DNA of 64,000 nt from Diplonema japonicum (lineage: Eukaryota > Protista > Euglenozoa: Diplonemea): assembly GCA_964019335.1 (NCBI GenBank), contig OZ025729.1, positions 248,001 through 312,000 on the forward strand. Direction: 5' to 3'. Shown one piece after another: positions 1-11,113 of this stretch. The position numbers and the translations under genes were made by a program. The stretch's first letter is position 1; each line of letters begins with the position of its first letter. The notes under the pieces are model-generated. The model saw nothing but the letters and a program-made list of their open reading frames with translations. It did no database searches and was not told the origin of the DNA.

Positions 1-420
1 TAAGCTCTCCCACACGAAACTGGCGACGGCCGGGATCGTCGAAGCGGAAGGGGAGTGGACGCCAGAAGCCATGATACGGGTCTGCAAACACGTGCTCGGC
101 GAAGAGCCTAAAACCGCGAAGGAACTCGGGATTCACATGAAGTTTGTCCGGTTCGCCCTCATCCTGGACTTTGACAAGACGTGGATCATGGCCAGGTATG
201 ACTCGGAAGGCTGGAAGGCGAAGGGGGACGTCGAGAGACGGCAGCAGTTCACGCGGCACGGAGATATGAGAGCCTTGAAGGATCACTACTTCGTGGCCAC
301 TGACTGGCTTTTCTTCACCACGCTGCAGTGGCATAATGTGGGACAGCGCCACCCCCCAAGAACCACGAAGACCTTACGCAAGTAAGAGTGCTGGCCCGGC
401 GAGCTACGAGGGCAAAAAAC
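1..420 (+). mobile_element. 3' end remnant of a non-LTR retrotransposon ORF
   Basis: ORF ending at 385 contains FALILDFD. This resembles the ELALDFE/ELVLDFE remnants at 7172, ~22970 and ~51223, and the ORF is followed by a short 3' tail. Confidence 0.4.
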
Positions 421-433
421 CTCATTTCTCCTT

Positions 434-622
434 GGAGATGAGAACATATATTATAGTGCGACATGATCAGACTGGAACGGCCGCCCCGGGGCATCCTCTG
501 CTCAACCCGGCGGACGTGGGAGGCCCTTCTTCGGAAGGTGCCAGTCGCTTGATCAGTGTCGTCGAATGCGCGCTATATTTTACATTTTATAAGTACATAT
601 AACAATCGATTGAAAGAAGAAG
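434..622 (+). mobile_element. Structured SINE-like repeat (family A), copy 1
   Basis: Similar sequence at 2736-2897 and 12135-12296. Nested stems TATAGTGCG/CGCGCTATA and GACTGG/CCAGTC, plus a CCTTC-TTCG-GAAGG hairpin. Confidence 0.75.
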
Positions 623-1228
623 AACCGGGTTTACGTTTACCAAGGAGTTGAATATCCGTAAGACGGTGGTCATCGAGAAGTGTACCATCCACGTCGGTAG
701 CATAAAGGCCTTGGGCACAAGCAACCTCTGCTTAATTCCTGATACGTAGGAGGCTCCTCTTGAGGATGTCATTCGACTTTCTGTTTTCGTATGCAGTATT
801 GATCCTTCTTCACCTGTTTTTTTTTAATACTTTTTTCACTTTTTATTCCCACTTGCAATATCGTTTCAGTAGCCTCAGGGCCCTGCAGTAAACACTGCCA
901 CACCGCTGGGTCAAGGTGTGCAGCCCGTAAAGGACGTTGCTGGCTTACTCCATGTTTCCTATATTTCAAAGCCTAGAGTAATGACCCGCGGCGAGGTGAG
1001 ATGAAAAGCTGTGCACTCCCTACCCAGCCACTCACTCCCTTCCAAGTCACTCTTAGCTAGCACAAATCAAGCGAAGTAGTGGCACGTGTGCGCATTCGAG
1101 ACTGTATGGTTAGCTGGAAGTAGTCAACATAAACAACAAGTGCGTTTTTAAAAGCATGTAAAAGATGTGTTTTTTTTTTGAAGCCCTTTTTTTGAACATA
1201 AATACACACGAAAAAAAGAAAAGAAAAA

Positions 1229-2533
1229 ATGACTATCAAGTGCCGTGTCTACAACGCCTCTTCAGTGGAGCTCAACAATGAAGTAATGATTCAGTACAAG
1301 ACCGAGGGCGAGACAGGGATGTGCAGCTGCTCCACACCGACACTCAAGAAAGACACGTGGACAGAACTATGCCTCCCGGAGGAAAGCTTCGGGAGCAAGG
1401 TTATTCCAACATCTGCTCTGTTACAACTCCGCGCGGAAGGCATCACATGGGAGGACACCTACACACCCCACGAGACGGAAGAAGAGGACACCCAAAACAT
1501 CGTTTTCGAAAACGGAAAAGACTACCGCCTTGTAAACGACAGTGTGAACCCTCCGTTAACCGACGAGGAGTACTACGAAAGCCTGTCTGTGCTCCGAGAC
1601 ATTTTGGAGGGGTTCGGCCCGATAAAGCCCCCTCACAGGGACGACAAGAAGCAACAGCAGTCTCTTTGGAGACACATTGCCCGCAAAATAGGCCGCGACG
1701 TCAAGAAGCCCGGCTGTCTCAAATCTGTGGAAAACATGGTGACGGGCCGCACGGGGTACAAAGACAGCCGTGTTAAGTGGAGGAAGGTCATGTCTTCGCA
1801 TCGTCATGCTCCTGTTCCCACAAAGTTCGAGACACCGGAAGAGAAAACCGAGATTGTTTCATCTGTCGACGAGGGGAAGGTGTTCATGGAAATCTACCAT
1901 CGGGCGATGGATCGATTCCCTGGAGGGAACTGTGATGTGATTGTTGTGAAGCACAGTATGGACTTTGCCTCAAAGCAGGGGTTCGTGTGTGCCTACCGCA
2001 ACTTCGACGGCACCCCTTGCATTCACCCGGCGCGTGCTCTCTCGAAAGGTGAGGTGGAAAAGCACCGCAGGAAGCTTCTCCCACGTCTCTCAGCGTTGCT
2101 TAGCCACAACAGTCCCGCTAGTTGGGTGTTTAACTCCACAGTGGACGATGCGCAGAAGGATGACAACGAGTATGACACAGAATGGAGCAGTATTGACATC
2201 TTGTGCTACAGGGCTCAACCTCAGGACAAAGATTGCCAACCGTTTGCTCGTGTACACCAGTACGCGCTCTGCAAGAACTGGTATTCCTTTATGGGTAAGG
2301 GTGATTCGGACAGCGACACTGTCGTTCCGACTCCTCTTGCACAGGCGGTTTTGAACGAAGTCGAGAACACCCTCAGAATAGGTCGGCCCGAGAAGTTTTC
2401 GGAAGATGAAACGGACGTGAAGCTGTCGGAGAATGGGTGGGAGGTGTCCAACACTGGGTACGTCTTCCCGCTTATTCTGAACGATTCCTTGTACAACCCT
2501 GCAGCGGCAGTGGGGAGTAAGAGGAAACTCTGA
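1229..2533 (+). CDS. Hypothetical protein, 434 aa
   Basis: Long ORF with coding-like composition, ATG preceded by an A-rich leader; no recognised domain. Confidence 0.75.
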   Translation: MTIKCRVYNASSVELNNEVMIQYKTEGETGMCSCSTPTLKKDTWTELCLPEESFGSKVIPTSALLQLRAEGITWEDTYTPHETEEEDTQNIVFENGKDYRLVNDSVNPPLTDEEYYESLSVLRDILEGFGPIKPPHRDDKKQQQSLWRHIARKIGRDVKKPGCLKSVENMVTGRTGYKDSRVKWRKVMSSHRHAPVPTKFETPEEKTEIVSSVDEGKVFMEIYHRAMDRFPGGNCDVIVVKHSMDFASKQGFVCAYRNFDGTPCIHPARALSKGEVEKHRRKLLPRLSALLSHNSPASWVFNSTVDDAQKDDNEYDTEWSSIDILCYRAQPQDKDCQPFARVHQYALCKNWYSFMGKGDSDSDTVVPTPLAQAVLNEVENTLRIGRPEKFSEDETDVKLSENGWEVSNTGYVFPLILNDSLYNPAAAVGSKRKL

Positions 2534-2735
2534 CAAAAAAAACTGCTACTTTAAGGTTTTTCTTTGAGGGGCATGTTCCGTTTGCCTTCCTCTTTAAGTT
2601 TCAGCCATGAGCTGAACTTCCTTGGCCTTTCGTTTTTTTCAAAAGGGGCCGAATATATCTTTTCCACCGTTGGCCGGTCTGGGTGCGTCGACGTATCGTT
2701 GTAGTCTCGATGTCATAAACCTTATTCTCTTCTAG

Positions 2736-2897
2736 AAGATGAGAAATATATTATATGATACATGATCAGACTGGAACGGCCGCCCCGACGGACGTGGGAG
2801 GCCCTTCTTCGGTGCGCACTTGATCAGTGTAGTCGAATGCGCGCTATATTTTATAAATACGTAAATAACAATCGATTGAAAAAGGAAAAGAACGCAT
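2736..2897 (+). mobile_element. Family A SINE-like repeat, internally deleted copy
   Basis: Matches 434-622 with internal deletions. Confidence 0.7.
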
Positions 2898-3439
2898 GCT
2901 AAGCCCGTTTACGCTTCATCCTTATATTACAAAAAAAAAAAGAAACAGAAAAAGAAAAAGAAAAAGAGAAATCACATCTATTTCTCTTTTTACTTGAACA
3001 AGAAAAGTGTTAATTGATAATGAATTGTTGTTTGCTATAAAAAAAAAAAAAAAAAAAAAAAGAGTAGTGGTAGCATTGTTGGGCAGTTTACAATCAACCG
3101 ACTCTTTTTATTCCAGTTCAGCAGGGCAGTATCTGCTTTACTTCAATATCACAGATAGCAAGCAGTGTTCTGAAACATACAAAAAGATACTTAGACGCTC
3201 CCACCAATGTGTTTAGCCCATTTCTTGGCACGTTGGTGACGGCTGCGACGATGCAGTATTTACCCTGCTTTTTTTTCTTGTCCCTATTTTATTCTCTCAT
3301 TTCTTGTATTGTTGAAAGATCGAATCAGCTGCAACGATGCAGTTTTTCTACGCTGGATTCCCCTTGACCTCTTTCACTACCAAAAAAAAAAACAATATTT
3401 CAAACCCGTTCAGTTTCGGTGGGAGAAAAGTGATAAAAC

Positions 3440-4277
3440 ATGTTCTCGAAGCACGATAGTTTTCCCACCGATGTCCTTGGGAGGATAGTGGGGTACATGG
3501 ACTTCTTGGACACTGTGAGGTGCAGCAGGGTGAGCACTGTGTGGAGGCAGTGCATGGGGGACATGATGGGTGACAAGGAGTCTGCCTTCATGAACAAGCA
3601 CTTTAAAAACTGTGAATGGGAGTCGTTGAAGAGTACTACAAACTGGGGCCCCGTTGTTGACAGGGGTGACCCGACAAACACCAGTTTCAAGTCGACAGTA
3701 GTGGGGACAAGAGGTTGTGGATCAACATTTCTGGTGGAGGCACTGGACACAGAAGCCGGTCAAACATTGGCCGAATATCCCGACAATAGGGATTGATTTC
3801 AGGCTAAAGACACTCATCAACCCTGAGGCAAAGCCTGAGATCCTCGGCAAGCTGCAGCTGTGGGACATGTCGGCAGGCAAGGAGCGCTTCAGAGCACTCA
3901 CTCGTAATTACTATCGTTTCAGCAACATCCACCTTCTTGTTTACAACACTTCCTCCGACAGCGGCTTTGAAGATATTGTGTACGAGCTGGAGCTGGTGAA
4001 CGACGCAATCTGTGCACCATGCATTTTGGTGGGCACGATGTGTGACCTCCCCCCCAACCCGCTGACAGCCAACCTCGCCTGCTGCCTTGCACATATTTTG
4101 CGCATCCCTCATGTCAGGACATCGGCAGTCACGGGGGAGGGCATACCCACGTTGTTGGAGCTCGTGACCGGGCAGTGCGTAAAGATTGCTTCCAAACGGC
4201 GACTCGCTGTAGGTGGCACAACTGGGGAACAGAAGCCTGAAGCACCTCAAAAGAAGAAGCTGTGCAGTGTTCAGTGA
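3440..4277 (+). pseudogene. F-box/Rab-like pseudo-GTPase-CaaX gene, copy 1 (frameshifted near 3750-3790)
   Basis: ORFs 3440-3796 (F-box, P-loop) and 3717-4277 (IGIDF, KLQLWD, YYR, KKKLCSVQ) together match the intact paralogues. The frameshift could be an assembly error. Confidence 0.8.
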
Positions 4278-4303
4278 CACACTTTCATTTTCATAAATCA
4301 CGG

Positions 4304-4830
4304 TGTCACAGCATACATGCCCTTCTTAAAAATAAAAACCGCGTCACCTGCTGTTACATCCCGGGTCACTGCGGAATAGAAGGTAACGAGAAGGCAGATG
4401 AACTCGCCGAGCAAGGTAGGGATAAGGAAACTACGCAAAGGGTAAGCCTGAACGCGGCGAAGAGCTACCTGCAGAAGACGACGAAGGCGGAGATAAGAGC
4501 AGAACTCGATAAAAGTCAAGAAATAAACAAGTTAGAGAGGCACCGAAGCGGATGGAAGGGCTTAGCAAACGCGAAGAAGTGCTAGTAAACCAGCTAAAGA
4601 CTGGTCATCGTCACCTGCTCAAAGAGGAGTACGCAACCGGGTTTTGCGGCGGACAGAGACAAGAACTACGACATCCACACGCTGGAGCACATCCTCATCA
4701 AAGACCCGAAGAGGGCAATCAGGTTCCTCGAGGGCACCGAAGAGACTACTGACAAGCCCACCGACTAACCCCCACCGACTAACCCCCACCGACTAACCCC
4801 CACCGACTAGCCGTCTACCTAGCAAGCCAT
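4304..4830 (+). mobile_element. 5'-truncated I/Ingi-clade-like LINE fragment (RNase H C-terminus and 3' tail)
   Basis: YIPGHCGIEGNEKADELA (RNase HI motif), then LSKREEVLVNQLKTGH, frameshifts, and a 14-bp tandem-repeat tail CCCCCACCGACTAA x~4 (4757-4810). Confidence 0.8.
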
Positions 4831-5211
4831 TAAGCAAGGCAGGAAGAAAACAAATCAGGTAATATGTAAACAAATAGAAAAAAAAGAAAAAGAAATAACA
4901 TAAACCCCAACAACACATCCCCCCCACGTGCATCAATCAATATAAAAGAAAAAGCAATCCTGAGGACTGACAACCAAAGGAAGAAAAAAAAGAGAAAAAA
5001 AAAGAGAAAAAAGGCCATTAGCCAACTGTGTGGAAAGAGAATACCCATGTCACGAAAGGTGCTAGAACAATAACACAGGCTGACACGAAAGCACGAACGT
5101 CTCAACACACTTCCGTTGGCTCCACACAGCCCAGCTGGGTGGGGTCGGTCTGGCTAGACCAAGAGGAGGTGGAATTTAAAAAAAAGAAAAAATCACGGAA
5201 CTCACCCGGAC

Positions 5212-5284
5212 CCAACTGGGGAACAGATCAGAAGAAGAAGCTGTGCAGTGTTCAGTGACACACTTTCAGTTTCATAAATCACGG
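5212..5284 (+). pseudogene. 3'-terminal remnant of an F-box/Rab gene (KKKLCSVQ*)
   Basis: Duplicates ~4220-4303, including the CaaX codons, stop and 3' flank. Confidence 0.7.
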
Positions 5285-5473
5285 ACCACTCCTGGATCTG
5301 CGAGAATGGCTTCGAGAATCTGCAGTGCGGGGACATCAAGCACCGTCCCTCTCAAACCCAAATCGAGACTGGCAGGAAAAACGAATATGAATACTAAAAT
5401 GAAGAAAAATCTCCGTCCTCCAGCCTTAAACACTTAAACCCCAGTATTTTAAAGGGCCCAAAAGAAGCACTCC

Positions 5474-5507
<34 letters not shown>

Positions 5508-5529
5508 TAGCTAATTCTTTCTTTCAGAA

Positions 5530-5925
5530 AGGATCCACATGGATGGTGAAGACCTAGCGAGCTGGGCAAGAAAAATCGGCGGAATCCTAAGAGTTTTGGA
5601 CAGGATTCACCCAAAAGGGCACGGGGAGTCACCTGATTCCAGCAGAACCTAAGAAATCAGTACACTCTTTGCGTACCCTAGGGCTCCACAGCCATCCCAT
5701 CACTGGGTACTCCACTCGACCGGTCTCGCATCCCCGAAGGTCACCCACCCTATCCTAGAGGAACAGTTACGAACTCATTGCATCCTCAACAACTCGCTAG
5801 TTGGTTTCACGCCCAAGCTGTTGAATAGATAGGGCCTAAGGCACTACCACGACAGAAGGGATCAAACACTAGATGAGTTGATTGTCATTAGGCGATCCTG
5901 TCACATACTGCAGGTTCCCTCAAAG
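5530..5925 (+). mobile_element. Degenerate retroelement 3' remnant
   Basis: Ends in CCTGTCACATACTGCAGGTTCCC, the 3' tail motif also at 22563, 23924 and 48046. Confidence 0.4.
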
Positions 5926-6007
5926 ACACCTTTCTTTTTAACTTGTTTGACCTTACACCCAACCACGATTCTACCGTTGTTGCAATTCAGTTTCCATAAG
6001 GAGAAAC

Positions 6008-6841
6008 ATGTTCTCGAAGCGTGAAAGGTTCCCGTTTCCCACCGATGTCCTTGGGAGGATAGTGGAGTACATGGACTTCTTGGAAACTGTGAGGTGCAGC
6101 AGGGTGAGCACTGTGTGGAGGCAGTGCATGGGGGACATGATGGGTGACAAGGAGTCTGCCTTCATGAACAAGCACTTTAAAAACTGTGAATGGGAGTCGT
6201 TGCAAAGTACTTCAAGTGGGGGGCCCGTTGTTGACAAGGGTGACTTCAAGGTGACGGTGTTGGGGGCAACGGGTTGCGGATCAACATTTCTGGTGGAGGC
6301 ACTGGACACAGAGCAGCCGGTCAAGCAAAGGGAGTATCGATCGACTATGATGGTTGATTTCAAGGTAAAGACACTCATCAACCCTGAGGCAAAGCCCGAG
6401 ATCCTCGGCAAGCTGCGGCTGTGGGACAAACCGGCAGGCATTGAGTGCTACAGCAGAATAATCACCCGCATGTACTTCCGTCTCAGCAACATCTGCCTTC
6501 TTGTTTACAACACTTCCTCCGACGGCGGTTTTGAGAATTTTGTGCACGAGCTGAAGAAAAACTTAATCTGTGCACAATGCATTTTGGTGGGCACGATGTG
6601 TGACCTCCCCCCCAACCCGCTGACAGCCAACCTCGCCTGCTGCCTTGCACATGTTTTGCGCATCCCTCATGTCAGGGCATCGGCAGTCACGGGGGAAGGC
6701 ATACCTAAGTTGCTTGAGCTCGTGACCGGGCAGTGTGTAAGGGTTTCTTCCGAACGGCGACAGCGACTCGCTGTAGGTGGCACAACTGAGGAACAGAAGC
6801 CTGAAGCACCTCAAAAGAAGAAGCTGTGCAGTGTTCAGTGA
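6008..6841 (+). CDS. F-box + Rab-like pseudo-GTPase with polybasic CaaX, copy 2 (intact, 277 aa)
   Basis: F-box PTDVLGRIVEYMDFLETVRCSRVSTVWRQ; G1 GATGCGST; KLRLWD; G4 TMCD; G5 SAV; C-terminal KKKLCSVQ. Confidence 0.9.
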   Translation: MFSKRERFPFPTDVLGRIVEYMDFLETVRCSRVSTVWRQCMGDMMGDKESAFMNKHFKNCEWESLQSTSSGGPVVDKGDFKVTVLGATGCGSTFLVEALDTEQPVKQREYRSTMMVDFKVKTLINPEAKPEILGKLRLWDKPAGIECYSRIITRMYFRLSNICLLVYNTSSDGGFENFVHELKKNLICAQCILVGTMCDLPPNPLTANLACCLAHVLRIPHVRASAVTGEGIPKLLELVTGQCVRVSSERRQRLAVGGTTEEQKPEAPQKKKLCSVQ

Positions 6842-7119
6842 CACACTTTCCTCGCCCCCCCTGCCGTGAGGCAAAAGGGGTCAAGGTACCTCCCTGCCTT
6901 TGTTGTGCGTTTCATTGTTTTGATAATGAATTGTTATTGCTAAAAGAGTAGTTGCAAGGTTAACTGGCTGTGCAACGAACAAACAATCAACCGACGCGTG
7001 TAGTTGTTTTATAGTAAGTAAGCTTTTGCCCTTTTTTTATACGTTCTTCCCACCTGGCCATCTCTTTTGTGATGAACGACGGTAAATTAAATCAGCTGGT
7101 AAATCGGCTGATGTTTATT

Positions 7120-7410
7120 TCCTCAGTGGCTCGGAAAGCTGAAGTAACCGAGGAAGACGACAGTCACCACAATGGAACTCGTACTAGACTTCGAGAACAC
7201 GCTGGGCGTCGAGCCGATCACGGGTAAGAAGGGTGATCTGGCCATGATACAGAAGAAGGCACGGAGTTTCCACGGCCTCCTGGAGAGAATCCAAGGTGGG
7301 ACACAGCACGCACACAGAAGAAGGTCAGAGGCAAGCGGATCTTCCCAGCGGAGTGGGATGGAACAGAAGGCCAGTTTTTGCATCAGAGAAAACCAAGAAG
7401 GACCTTAAGA
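7120..7410 (+). mobile_element. LINE C-terminal coding remnant (MELVLDFENTLG)
   Basis: Peptide resembles VELALDFENVTG (~22970) and MELALDFETT (~51223). Confidence 0.45.
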
Positions 7411-7487
7411 AACTGGGAAAGAAGAAAGAGAGGATACTTTGAGAAAGGCAACACAGCCAAAAAAGAAAGAAAGGCCCCATTGAACGC

Positions 7488-7572
7488 CGAGGCCCCAGAA
7501 GGGAGAAAGGGGTAGATAAGTAGAGACAAGGGGGACGTTCCAAGACAGGAACCTCCTTTATCTCATCTCTTA
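7488..7572. repeat. ~85-bp dispersed repeat family C
   Basis: GGCCCCAGAAGGGAGAAAGGGGTAGATAAGTAGAGACAAGGGGGACGTTCC also at 44933-45020, partially at 47639-47692 and degenerate at ~10813. Confidence 0.75.
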
Positions 7573-7649
7573 TTTTCTTTTTTTCATTTTCCTATCATCC
7601 TTAATTCTATCTGTTCTTTCTCCACCCTTGTTTTTGATAGGGATATTGT

Positions 7650-7860
7650 GGATGTGTTGTTCGCTGTTGACCTCCTCGTCGGTCATCACCGGTAGCACTC
7701 TAGTGGAAGAACGTATTGCAGGTGCGAACAGGCAGCAAACTGCGGGGTTGAGCTGTACACCGCACGCATTACGGACACGACGCGGAACGCAGAAGAAGCT
7801 ACAACTCGGCCGAGGTGCGACCCCTTTAATAAAGTAGACAGTATGGTGCCACCAACACGC
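7650..7860 (+). mobile_element. HDV-ribozyme-headed SINE, copy lacking the P1 5' strand
   Basis: GCTGTTG-ACC-TCCTCGTC-GGT-CATCACC-GG...CGAA-CAGGCAGC, followed by the shared body GACACGACGCGGAACGCAGAAGAAGCT. Confidence 0.75.
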
Positions 7861-8128
7861 TTCCTCTTCTCGTGTATAACTTATCGAGTTTCCACTTTTT
7901 TCACCACTTTTTTTTTGCTTGAACAAGAAATGCAATACCAGAGAGATTTCAAAACTGGGGTAGCGGATCGCATTTAGTCTGGCCGAACAGGTTTGAAGCT
8001 CACTCCAATTCTGGAACATAAGAGCTATGAGATCGATTTTCTTTTAATTGTTCGTACTTTTCTCTCTCTCTCCTTTCGATCTTGTTTTGATCTTACAGCA
8101 GAAGTAATTTCAATATGCAGGGAGAAAC

Positions 8129-8950
8129 ATGTTCTCAAAGCGTAAAAGGTTCCAGTTTCCCACCGATGTCCTTGGGAGGATAGTGGAGTACATGGACTTC
8201 TTGGACACTGTGAGGTGCAGCAGGGTGAGCACTGTGTGGAGGCAGTGCATGGGGGACATGATGGGTGACAGGGAGTCTGCCTTCATGAACAAGCACTTTA
8301 AAAACTGTGAATGGGAGTCGTTGCAAAGTACTGCAAACTGGGGGCCCGTTGTTGACAAGGGTGACCCGACAAACACCTGTTTCAAGGTGACAGTGGTGGG
8401 GACAAGAGGTTGTGGATCAACATCTCTGGTGGAGGCACTGGACACAGAGCAGCCGGTCAAACAAAGGCCGTATCGATCGACAATAGGGATTGATTTCAGG
8501 CTAAAGACACTCATCAACCAAGAGCTCGTCGGCAAGCTGCAGCTGTGGGACAAACCGGCAGGCAAGGAGCGCTTTACTACAATCACCCACATGTACTCCC
8601 GTCTCAGCACCATGCACCTTCTTGTTTACAACACTTCCTCCGACAGCGGTTTTGAGGAATTTGTGTACGAGCTGAAGAACTACTCAATCTGTGCACCATG
8701 CATTTTGGTGGGCACGATGTGTGACCTCCCCCCCAACCCGCTGACAGCCAACCTCGCCTGCTGCCTTGCACATATTTTGCGCGTCCCTCATGTCAGGACA
8801 TCGGCAGTCACAGGGGAGGGCATACCCAAGTTGTTGGAGCTCGTGACCGGGCAGTGTGTAAAGATTGCTTCCGAACGGCGACAGCGACTCGCTGTAGGTG
8901 GCACAACCGAACAGAAGCCTCAAAAGAAGAAGCTGTGCAGTGTTCAGTGA
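8129..8950 (+). CDS. F-box + Rab-like pseudo-GTPase with polybasic CaaX, copy 3 (intact, 273 aa)
   Basis: Same architecture; G1 GTRGCGST, RabF1 IGIDF, RabF2 KLQLWD, KKKLCSVQ. Confidence 0.9.
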   Translation: MFSKRKRFQFPTDVLGRIVEYMDFLDTVRCSRVSTVWRQCMGDMMGDRESAFMNKHFKNCEWESLQSTANWGPVVDKGDPTNTCFKVTVVGTRGCGSTSLVEALDTEQPVKQRPYRSTIGIDFRLKTLINQELVGKLQLWDKPAGKERFTTITHMYSRLSTMHLLVYNTSSDSGFEEFVYELKNYSICAPCILVGTMCDLPPNPLTANLACCLAHILRVPHVRTSAVTGEGIPKLLELVTGQCVKIASERRQRLAVGGTTEQKPQKKKLCSVQ

Positions 8951-9310
8951 CACACTTTGTTGGTTCATTGAATTTTCTTTTTTTTTTAAAAAAGAGTAGT
9001 GGTGAGCATTGTTGGGCTTATAGGTGATAGGTAATATTTTGCTTTTTTTCTTTTAAGTTATTTCTTTCTCCCCTGGCCTCCCTTATTTATTTATGATGAC
9101 CATAAAGACGGCCACTATTTTTTGCTTGTAGTAATCGAAATAAAAAAAAATAAAACGTTATGCTTAAAGAAACTTTTCCGTGTGAAAGTCCTATTGTGAA
9201 AGCATCGCTTTTTTTTTCTTCTACTTCTTCTTTTTCCTATTCTTTTAACCTATCCCCCTTTTATTCTATCTCTAAGGATCTTTCTCCCCCCCACCCCCCC
9301 CTTTTTTTTT

Positions 9311-9480
9311 GGTGGTGGGGATTAGCTAAGGAAGACAAAGAAGTACATCAGATGTGTTGTTTGCTGTTGATGCTCAAGGTGACGAACAAGCAGCAAACTG
9401 CACGAGTTAAGAAAAAGAACGCATACCAAGAGTTAAGGACAAGACGCGGAACGCAGAAGAAGCTACAACTCGGCCAAGCC
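9311..9480 (+). mobile_element. HDV-ribozyme SINE copy with core deletion
   Basis: Starts GGTGGTG; keeps GCTGTTG and GACGAACAAGCAGC, lacks P3/L3; shared body follows. Confidence 0.65.
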
Positions 9481-9754
9481 CACTAGCAGCCATAATCTCG
9501 TAGGCATAATCTCGCAGCCATAATCTCGTACTTAAATTATCGAGTCTTTATTTTATTCTTTTTTCTTGAACAAGAAAAGCAACCAAAGAAAAAATGCCCC
9601 TACCATGCCTGAGAGGTTTGAAGCTCACTCCAATTCTGGAACATAAGAAGTTTTAACATCGATTTTCTTTTACTTGTTCGTACTTTTCTCTTTCTCTCCT
9701 TTCGATCTTGTTTTGACTTTACAGCAGAAGTAGTTTCCATATGCAGGGAGAAAC

Positions 9755-10575
9755 ATGTTCTCAAAGCGTGAAACATCCCCGTTTCCCACCGATGTCCTTG
9801 GGAGGATAGTGGAGTACATGGATTTCTTGGAAACTGTGAAGTGCAGCAAGGTGAGCACTGTGTGGAGGCAGTGCATGGGGGACATGATGGGTGACAAGGA
9901 GTCTGCCTTCATGAACAAGCACTTCAAAGACTATGAATGGGAGTCGTTGCAAAGTACTGCAAGCTGGGGGCCCGTTGTTGACAAGGGTGACCCGACAAAC
10001 ACCAGTTTCAAGATGACAATGGTGGGGCAACGGGTTGTGGATCAACATCTCTGGTGGAGGCACTGGACACAGAGCAGCCGATAAACATTAAGAAGCATAA
10101 TCCTTTGCGTACAGGGCTTTACAGGTCAAAGACACTCATCAACCCGGAGGCAAAGCCTGAGATCGGCAAGCTGCAGCTGTGTGACAAGCTTGCAGGCATA
10201 TCCCATATGTGCCACTCGCGTGGCAACATGCACTTCCACCGGAGCAACATCCACCTTCTTGTTTACAAGTCCTCCGACAGCGGTTTTGAAGATTTCGTGC
10301 ACAAACTGAAAAACGGATCGATAAATGCACCATGCATTTTGGTGGGCACGATGTGTGACCTCCCCCCCAACCCGCTGCAGCCAACCTCGCCTGCTGCCTT
10401 GCACATGTTTTGCGCATCCCTCATGTCAGGACATCGGCAGTCACGGGTGAGGGCATACCCAAGTTGTTGGAGCTCGTGACCGGGCAGTGTGTAAGGGTTT
10501 CTTCCGAACGGCGACGGCGACTCGCTGTAGGTGGCACAACCGAGGAACAGAAGCATTAAGCACCTCAAAAGAAGA
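9755..10575 (+). pseudogene. F-box/Rab pseudo-GTPase copy 4, pseudogene
   Basis: Two or more frameshifts (~10025, ~10377); 3' end diverges before the CaaX codons. Confidence 0.85.
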
Positions 10576-11113
10576 GAGGCTCCATGGCATCCTCCCAACA
10601 GCGGAGCTGAGGAGGTTCCGCGGCAACATTCACGAAGCCGGTGCTGAAGTAACTAAGGCAACTCCGATGGCGTGGAGGGAGCAGGAACATGGCAGTGTAG
10701 ACGGTGAAGAGCTGCTGAAGGGTGATAGGGCGGGTGGAGGAACATCAAGTGTCGAGGATAGGAGAAGGCCGGCACGACCGCTGCTGAAAGGGATAGGTGC
10801 AGGTAGAAGATGAGAACAAGGGGGCGTCTCACAATCCTTTAACTCATATTATCTTTCTCTTATCTTAGAATAATCTATCTCCCTTCGTTCTATCTTTTGA
10901 ATCTCCCCACCCTTTATTTTTTCTTGAACAAGAACGACAACCCCAGAGGGATTTCGAACAGGGGTAGCATGGATCGCATTTAGCCTAGGCTAAAGAAAAG
11001 ATGCCCCTACCATGCCCGAGAGGTTTGAAGCTCACTCCAATACTGGCACATAAGAGTTTTAAGATCGATTTTCTTTTACCTGTTTGTACAGTTCAGTTTC
11101 CATAAAGAGAAAC

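Noticed and set aside
3750-3796. Programmed frameshift in F-box-Rab copy 1
   Set aside because: No slippery heptamer and paralogues are in frame; simple decay or sequencing error is more likely.
4757-4810. 14-bp tandem repeat (also 9487-9530) as a CRISPR or telomere
   Set aside because: No spacers and not a telomeric motif; the first is a LINE 3' tail.
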